Positions 58,601 to 64,000 of a stretch of 64,000 nt of DNA are shown here, one piece after another. The stretch is from assembly GCA_965602015.1 (NCBI GenBank), contig OZ271918.1:1888001-1952000 (forward strand). The letters are read 5' to 3'. Each line of letters opens with the position of its first letter. Positions within the stretch are counted from its first letter, which is position 1. The notes under the pieces are model-generated. The model did not search any database, was not told the DNA's origin, and was given only the letters and a program-made list of their open reading frames with translations. Both the position numbers and the translations under genes were made by a program. Origin of the DNA: Salinispira sp. Lineage in GTDB: Bacteria; Spirochaetota; Spirochaetia; DSM-27196; Salinispiraceae.

Positions 58601-59703
58601 GTATCAAGTTCGGAAAGCTGACTTTCGAGGGTCTGCCGCAGGTCGTCAGAACGGGATGTCATATCAGTTTGAATTTGGGTCAATAGCTGGTCCGCCAGTT
58701 TTTGACCTTCATCGAGGGATTCCTTCAGCCTCGCCTCGGTATCCTGCTCGATGCGGTAGGCCCGGGCTTCCAGTTCATCGCTCTGGTCGCGGAGTTTTAT
58801 ACCAAATTCCTTGTCCGCCGCGGAGAGTTCGCTTTCAAGGCGGGCAAATCCCTGCTCGAGAGCCTGCCGGTATTCTTCGAACATGGAGCTTCGCAGTCCG
58901 TCGAGCTCGTTTTTTAGGTCTTCAAAAGCCTGGAGTTCGAAGTTCCGCGCCTTGCCGGCAACTTCATTCATTCTTCGCCTAAAATCTTCTTCGGTCCGTT
59001 CCAGTTCGGCCTGCTGTGAGGCGAAGCGTTCATCGAGCTTTGAAGTAAAATCGGAAAAGCGTTGGCTCATGCCGTTTTCAAGGTCGGTTTTCCGGGATTC
59101 GAAGTTTTCCAGTACCCTGTGGGCGTCAGCTCGGGCATTCTCAACTGCCTGGGAAAGCTCTTCTGTCATATGCTTGCTTTCGCCAAGCACTTCAGCGCTG
59201 GTCTTCTCAAGGATATCCCGGTTACTGGCGTCGAATTTGGCGACCAATCCGGGAATTTGCTGATCGATGCCATCCATTTGCTTAATGGCATCCTTGATTC
59301 GCCGTCCCACCGTATCCACATAGGCTGATTCTTTTTGAATGCCTTTGATGTTGACTTCAGCCCGGTTGGTCATCTCGACCAGCTGTTTGATCGCCAAATC
59401 GTATTGATCGATCCTATGCTGAATTTCATCGATATTGGCTGCTTTTTCGTTGAGCTCTTCAGCGGAGGCTTCAAGGCGTTCAATCGCCCGCCGGGCGGAT
59501 TGCTGATGCACGTCCACGCCGATAGAGATGTCTTTTAATTGTTGAGATTTTTCTTCAGCGATTTCCGCGAGTTCTCCCTGGAGACGATCGGTAAAGCGCT
59601 TTACCTTCTCCAGAGACCGGTTGTTTCGGTCCAGGTGGCGGAAAATGAATATAAGTATCACCACCACGCTAAGGACGAGCAGGTCTCCCAGCGTAAACAT
59701 CAT
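55639..59703 (-). CDS. Large spirochete coiled-coil protein (SpiroCoCo-like)
   Basis: N-terminal TM followed by LDRNNRSLEKVKRF; about 1300 aa of heptads; C-terminal HTH GWKIEDIAKSCKISRGEVELIL. Confidence 0.82.
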   Translation of the reverse strand: MMFTLGDLLVLSVVVILIFIFRHLDRNNRSLEKVKRFTDRLQGELAEIAEEKSQQLKDISIGVDVHQQSARRAIERLEASAEELNEKAANIDEIQHRIDQYDLAIKQLVEMTNRAEVNIKGIQKESAYVDTVGRRIKDAIKQMDGIDQQIPGLVAKFDASNRDILEKTSAEVLGESKHMTEELSQAVENARADAHRVLENFESRKTDLENGMSQRFSDFTSKLDERFASQQAELERTEEDFRRRMNEVAGKARNFELQAFEDLKNELDGLRSSMFEEYRQALEQGFARLESELSAADKEFGIKLRDQSDELEARAYRIEQDTEARLKESLDEGQKLADQLLTQIQTDMTSRSDDLRQTLESQLSELDTRVSASHQRIENSFIEIKNQLEQWMERGDGYIHELDGQFSRLSERSVQLEQEHSQRLRSVEEEIARTEAEVNQRFEQIRNDSARLVAESADLVNREIAEAGQVNRQNLEAKFAELDGLIRDTQESAYQQADKIREQIDVWRSEHDENLRAAAAAGEAEITRIEGDFSDRSQAVVRKTAERSQEFEAAVQRDFEAHAQRVKDQLEKTGADIQRIEGLSEQGSRRLSELDVSIQRSLEELGTQLTESHHAIGEKIEADSSLLEQKILSDLEKRLSDYEGSIGYRLARLENLSEELEQLDRQVHQSMEAMDSDVKDRLRSFSSEMQKSWSEDLESARAELAVLSTEVQNHQQLLERMKEQSHQNMSEQLQILEQDFFTDLKARGQGLDERLESWTEEFNNTLDGIRKDSEDQRLSLEKKYLDDFSARLETLRTGVGTRIDEVQSEFRDRESVIREDLDVIYQKLENVRGGVDKQLEDLQSQSQNLIDRRYEDIQEILGNRFSDMQRDLESRVKQMNLKMDEHSNEIQGLHDAVRSDVTLWQNQILQRMKGSESEVEEQMSSFRIRISDTVATLKEEFESEKDGILKDGEAARNALQSGIQDASVQLRELQNNLSSTGEEALNRLSLDIQSFQQEYLSHKADFTKEIDDSTREFRAFVSQTREEFEGTQKRLVERLNEDLRVLEINIREIDKKQKSFLQQTKLFERADSLKQALQDDISHIKSEIDRLQGEGKQVIEMQGEFGKMKQLADEANEKFSRFMVEQRRLEGIEDNYKKLINMSQTVDSQLSKVTAKHDNLQQVQLAIRNLDELQKELDQRYDRLTKRKEIIDTTLEGVDRNFHSLTDLENRIADLGRGISEMGDSMSAMKGRLDSLALNKKESDMAMRNLQNLNAMMAETEERMESMQKAREWLARTETRLEEVAQQADQRLEILGSVASGKSLQLQDDKPAPSVSVRDMVIKLKHQGWKIEDIAKSCKISRGEVELILEMAHR

Positions 59704-59902
59704 GTGTTCCCTCTCCCATAACCCGAATAAACGGGTCATCTATATTATACAGTAAAAAGGAAATTTGACGAGGGTCTGGCTGGGATTTTCCCTGTTTTGG
59801 AGGGAAATATGATTAATGACGGGCGAAAGGTCTAGATATCTGTTGAGTGCGGAAGCAATCGGGGCCAGGCGATGGCTGCCCTGGGGCGAATCGAGGCCGA
59901 CT

Positions 59903-60838
59903 CTACCGGCCCCGGAAATCCGCTGCGCTTTCTTTCAGAAATGTACCCCGTTGAAATTCTTCAAAGGCGAGTTGAAGCTCCTCTTGTGTGTTCATGACGA
60001 TGGGGCCGTGCCAGGCAACGGGCTCCTTGAGGGGCTGGCCTGAAATGAGGAGGAAGCGCATCCCCTGTTCACCAGAGCGGACAACCACCTCATCGCCGGT
60101 ATCAAAGAGTATGAGATTCCGGTTTTCCGCGGGGTGGGCGGGAATCGCTTCGGTGGTTCCCTGCTCATTAACGTACTCCGTTGGGGCAAGCAGGGGATCG
60201 GAGGCAGATCGGAACTCTCCCGAACCGGCAAATACATACGCGAAGGCCTGGTGGCTCAGGTCTACTTTGAAACGGCGCAGGGTATTAGGGGGAACGGAAA
60301 TATCCAGATAGCGGGGATCGGCAGCAATTCCCTCTACGGGGCCCCGCTTCCCCCAGAAATGCCCGGTGATGATCCTCACCCGGGTACCGTCGTCCTCGGT
60401 TACCTCGGGGATTTCTCCGGCAGGTATGTCCTGGTATCGGGGGTGGGTCATTTTTTTATCCGATGGAAGATTGGCCCAGAGCTGAAACCCGTGCATAGAC
60501 CCCTTGGCGTCGCCCCGGGGCATTTCCTGATGAATGATGCCGCTTCCGGCTGTCATCCATTGAACATCGCCGGCGGTCAGGGTGCCCGTGTTGCCCAGAC
60601 TGTCGCCGTGGTCCACCTCCCCGGACAACACATAGGTTATGGTTTCGATGCCCCGGTGGGGATGCCAGGGAAAGCCCTTGGAGTATTTTTTAGGATCGTC
60701 ATTCCTGAAATCATCGAAGAGGAGGAAGGGATCGGTGAGCTCCTCGCCCCCGAAACCGAACGCCCGGTGGAGATGGACCCCGGCTCCTTCTATGGCAGGC
60801 CGTGCGCTTGATATCTGCTTTACAGGACGAATTGACAT
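59903..60838 (-). CDS. Pirin family protein
   Basis: DPFLLFD, GFPWHPHRGIETITY, MTAGSGIIHQE, GPIVMNT. Confidence 0.95.
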   Translation of the reverse strand: MSIRPVKQISSARPAIEGAGVHLHRAFGFGGEELTDPFLLFDDFRNDDPKKYSKGFPWHPHRGIETITYVLSGEVDHGDSLGNTGTLTAGDVQWMTAGSGIIHQEMPRGDAKGSMHGFQLWANLPSDKKMTHPRYQDIPAGEIPEVTEDDGTRVRIITGHFWGKRGPVEGIAADPRYLDISVPPNTLRRFKVDLSHQAFAYVFAGSGEFRSASDPLLAPTEYVNEQGTTEAIPAHPAENRNLILFDTGDEVVVRSGEQGMRFLLISGQPLKEPVAWHGPIVMNTQEELQLAFEEFQRGTFLKESAADFRGR

Positions 60839-60967
60839 ATAGACCTCCAGTTATATAGGGCACTGGGTAGAAAATAAGAAAATCATTCTCTGGAGGCAAT
60901 AATCCTGAGTAAGACTATCAGATTCCGCTTTCCCGAGAGGACCGGCGGGTATTGTGCTTGCTGCGGG

Positions 60968-61627
60968 CTAAATTCTCGGGATCAGCCAGTCTTTGAGTTG
61001 GGCATAGCGGGAAAAGCTAAAATCAGCAAGGGAATGGGCTTTTGCCCGCCTGGTAATATGGGCGGTCTGCATACCGGCGGCATGGGCACCGACGATGTCA
61101 TACTCGTAGCTATTCCCCACGTAGAGGATATCCGCGGCATCAACGCCAAGCTGTTCAATGAGCAGCTCAAAAGGCCGGGCATGGGGTTTGAGCCGCCCGG
61201 AGACCTCAGAGCTCAACTCCACATCGAAATAATTCTCAATATTCAACACTGTGAGCTTGGTCACCACGGGAAAATCGGACAATACCCCCAAGGGGAGCTG
61301 ACGTTCCTTGAGAACAGACAACAGCTCGATCACGCCGGGGTACAAATTGACATGTTCGAGAACCCGTTCCCAATCGCCGTAGAACGTCCGGTCGATAAGG
61401 GCCCTGGTTTCATCGACATCCTGTCCAAGCTCTTGTGCCAACAGCTCTGCCTGGGTCTGATAAAAATCGTCAATATGCTCGAGTTTCCTGAGCTGAGCCC
61501 GGACGGCGCGAAACCGCCTGAGCAGCGAGAAATTCTTCAGGGCGAAGCCCGTGCTTGCGAGGTACATGCGACTGTTGGGATATAAGGTGCCGTCTATGTC
61601 GAAGGCCACTGCCTTGATTTTTTTCAT
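60968..61627 (-). CDS. HAD family hydrolase
   Basis: FDIDGTLY, LKPH, YVGNSYEYD. Confidence 0.9.
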   Translation of the reverse strand: MKKIKAVAFDIDGTLYPNSRMYLASTGFALKNFSLLRRFRAVRAQLRKLEHIDDFYQTQAELLAQELGQDVDETRALIDRTFYGDWERVLEHVNLYPGVIELLSVLKERQLPLGVLSDFPVVTKLTVLNIENYFDVELSSEVSGRLKPHARPFELLIEQLGVDAADILYVGNSYEYDIVGAHAAGMQTAHITRRAKAHSLADFSFSRYAQLKDWLIPRI

Positions 61628-61662
61628 GTGATAATCCTGGAATCGGAAGTGCGTTCAGAGCC

Positions 61663-62718
61663 TCAGCGCAGCCGGAAGCTGATGCTGCCTTGAACGGGTT
61701 CGGCTCCCGGAGACGACTCGAAAACCGGTCCGGAGAACATTTCATAAATTTTTAGCGAAAGCTCATTATAGATTGAGACATCCGCTTCATTCAATATCCG
61801 GACGAAACCGTCCTCGTTTACATGGAAATCAACCCTGAGACTTGCGGGCCAGTTTTCCCGTCGCTGCGTAAGGTCCCGCAGGCCGTCAAACTGATTCGGA
61901 TTCAACAGCCCCCGACCGCTGTCCCGGATCGCCCCGGTAATATTATCGCTAAGGCTCGATCCCCGGCTGCTTGAAGCCGAGGGAGATGCGGGGGACGGGC
62001 TGTCCGAGGGCGAGTCGGCATAGTTGCTGTTCATCCTCTGCTGAAGCGCAGCGAGCTGGGCCTGAACCGCCGGATCGACGCTCTGCGCTGACTGGGCACT
62101 GGTATCCGCCTGATCCGCAGGGCGGTTTTGGGGGCTGGACGGAGATTCGGCGCTCTGGTCAATAAAGCCTTCGGGGGGCTGCTGATCAGAAGCGTCGGCG
62201 CTGTCGGTATTAAGGAAGCTTCCGATGTCCGTGGCGCTGCGATTCGGCCGTGCCGGTTCCGAGACCTCCAGCCCGCCATCGGTGGTGCTTTGGGGGTTGC
62301 TTGGCTGGACCGCCGTCTCGGTTTGTGGCGTCGGCGTTTGTTGAGCGGCCGGGCGCTGGGGCTGAGCAGGCGCTGGCCGGCTCTGCTGTGCCGGTTGTGT
62401 TTGAACAGGGGCAGCGGCAGGAGCTGCGGCGGGGGCTGCCTCGCTTCGAGCGCTGGCGGTCTCCGCCGGGGCTTCAGCGGCTTGGGTCGTCTCCTGCTGC
62501 GGCTGCTCTATTGCCCTGGACCGTTGGCCGCCGGCCTCGGGAGCCGCCTGGGGAGTAATCGGCGCTTCGCTGCTCAGCGGGGTGAGGGAAACCTCAAGCC
62601 GGATCTGCTGTTCCGGCCTGGGGGCCAGGGCCATAATGACCAACACCGAACCGACAGCAATAATGTGAAGAAGCAGTGAGATGCCAAAAGATGTAAGGTC
62701 CCGGGAATTGAGCTTCAT
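61663..62718 (-). CDS. TonB/TolA-like energy transducer
   Basis: TM SLLLH motif, long Pro/Ala/Gln linker, small C-terminal domain; follows exbBD. Confidence 0.7.
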   Translation of the reverse strand: MKLNSRDLTSFGISLLLHIIAVGSVLVIMALAPRPEQQIRLEVSLTPLSSEAPITPQAAPEAGGQRSRAIEQPQQETTQAAEAPAETASARSEAAPAAAPAAAPVQTQPAQQSRPAPAQPQRPAAQQTPTPQTETAVQPSNPQSTTDGGLEVSEPARPNRSATDIGSFLNTDSADASDQQPPEGFIDQSAESPSSPQNRPADQADTSAQSAQSVDPAVQAQLAALQQRMNSNYADSPSDSPSPASPSASSSRGSSLSDNITGAIRDSGRGLLNPNQFDGLRDLTQRRENWPASLRVDFHVNEDGFVRILNEADVSIYNELSLKIYEMFSGPVFESSPGAEPVQGSISFRLR

Positions 62719-63137
62719 TAGGGCTCTTCATCCTCCTCAGGCAGGGGATTCTTGGCCAGGATACTGGCATTGCGAATTCCCTGACTGCGCAGCATATCGA
62801 GAACCGAGATCAGCTGCTGAAGACTGACATCCGCCTCGCCCTGAACAATCACCCGCTCTTTCTGTTCGTCGCTCAGGGAAGCCAGCTGCTCACCGAGGGC
62901 CAGATCATCGACTTCCTGATCCTGAAAATAAAGCACCCCGTCGCGGGTGACCGTTACCTGATAGAGGTCGAGATTCACCTGCTCCTCGGTGTTGGATTCG
63001 GGTAGCGCCAAACCGATTCCCGGCGCCACAACAAAGGTGCTGGAAACCATAAAAAACACCACGAGCTGAAAGACGATGTCGATCATGGGTATGAGGTCGG
63101 GCTGGACCTGAGCTTTAAGCTGTCGGCGAAATTTCAT
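62718..63137 (-). CDS. exbD: Biopolymer transport protein ExbD/TolR
   Basis: LIPMIDIVFQLVVFFMV. Confidence 0.9.
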   Translation of the reverse strand: MKFRRQLKAQVQPDLIPMIDIVFQLVVFFMVSSTFVVAPGIGLALPESNTEEQVNLDLYQVTVTRDGVLYFQDQEVDDLALGEQLASLSDEQKERVIVQGEADVSLQQLISVLDMLRSQGIRNASILAKNPLPEEDEEP

Positions 63138-63138
63138 A

Positions 63139-63765
63139 TTACCCCTCGGATTTTGAACCCACGTCGCCTTTTAGCAGTACCACCAACTGACTTACCCGGT
63201 TTTCCAGTCGGATAAGGTTGTGATTTACCCGGCTCACCAGCTGATTGTAAAATGCGATAGCCGGGATGGCTGCGACGATACCCGCCGCAGTGGTCACAAG
63301 GGCTTCGGCGATGCCGCCGGCGAGCAGCGAGGGATCGGCTGCGGCTCCGAAATCCGACAGGACACCGAACGCCTGTATATTCCCGGTAACGGTCCCCAAC
63401 AGGCCGAGCAGCGGAGTTATATGCGCAATGGTTCCCAGCAGGGCGATGTTTTTCTCCATTTTAGGAACTTCGAGATTCGCCGCGTCGGAGATGAGGTCGT
63501 GAATAACCTCCGGCGAGTAGTGCCGGTACTCGATGCCAACCCTCATCAGGTCGCTCAAGGGTCCGGGATTCTGCTCGCAGATCGAGAGGGCTTCATCGTA
63601 GTATCCCTTTTCGAGGCTGCTTCGGATACGCCCGAGCAGCCGGTCTTCGTCCGCCCGGCTCTGCCGGAAGTAGCGTAGCCGCTCTATGATGATGCTAATT
63701 CCCAAAATGGATAACAGAATAATCAGCGCCAAGATAATATTGCCGCTGGTCAGCACTTCAGACAT
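63139..63765 (-). CDS. exbB: MotA/TolQ/ExbB proton channel
   Basis: PLLGLLGTVTG, GIAEALVTTAAG. Confidence 0.92.
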   Translation of the reverse strand: MSEVLTSGNIILALIILLSILGISIIIERLRYFRQSRADEDRLLGRIRSSLEKGYYDEALSICEQNPGPLSDLMRVGIEYRHYSPEVIHDLISDAANLEVPKMEKNIALLGTIAHITPLLGLLGTVTGNIQAFGVLSDFGAAADPSLLAGGIAEALVTTAAGIVAAIPAIAFYNQLVSRVNHNLIRLENRVSQLVVLLKGDVGSKSEG

Positions 63766-63809
63766 AGTTTCTCCTCATCTCTCTACAGAACATCAATTCC
63801 GGTATGTGG

Positions 63810-64000
63810 TCACAACATCAATTGAAAAACCCCGGCCTACCGGACTATCAAACGCAGGATTTCCCTGCCCCGACTCCCGGGGCAGCAGGGGAGCCAGGGG
63901 ATCGATCAGATCCACCCGCAATCCGAACCCGCGGCCGAGGGCAAAACGGGCTGCGGAACTGATTTCCGGCAGCCGCAGCTGGGAATACAGCCCCTGTTCG
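63810..64000 (-). CDS. 3' end of a hypothetical protein entering from beyond the window
   Basis: Open frame EQGLYSQLRLPEISSAARF...RVFQLML* ends upstream of exbB. Confidence 0.35.

Noticed and set aside
57700..58686. 328-aa + strand ORF and similar ORFs opposite the coiled-coil gene
   Set aside because: Antisense shadows with no motifs.

Overview
Chromosomal segment of a spirochete (Spirochaetia), inferred from a SpiroCoCo-type coiled-coil protein, an Hbb-like HU/IHF, the M23-bactofilin-YaaR genes and the rho/rpmE/rpsT/lnt neighbourhood. Most of the window is housekeeping: clpA(5' part)/clpS, surE, galK, two lnt, rho, purFMND, rlmB-like, grpE-dnaK-dnaJ and exbBD-tonB-like. There are two accessory regions. 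(1) About 19.7-27.1 kb: an orphan algF-algI-algJ-like O-acetylation trio, an unusual IS with perfect 21-bp terminal inverted repeats (TIRs), and two paralogous secreted lipases. (2) About 34.9-50.3 kb, between purD and the rlmB-like gene: four tandem orphan Rhs core/C-terminal-toxin/immunity cassettes. Each cassette ends at the same 69-bp attC-like palindrome, whose core is AAG/CTT rather than AAC/GTT, followed by a hairpin-rich conserved module. Three modules carry a GxxExxY (PD-(D/E)xK-type) nuclease gene in a segment bounded by CGAAG direct repeats (560 bp in copies 1 and 3). The fourth module is the matching empty site. IS66, IS21 and an IS629-like IS3 have hit the array, and two cassettes were deleted next to IS ends. 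The Rhs/attC-like/GxxExxY array is the best candidate for an undescribed system. No database searches were run; family assignments come from recognised motifs.
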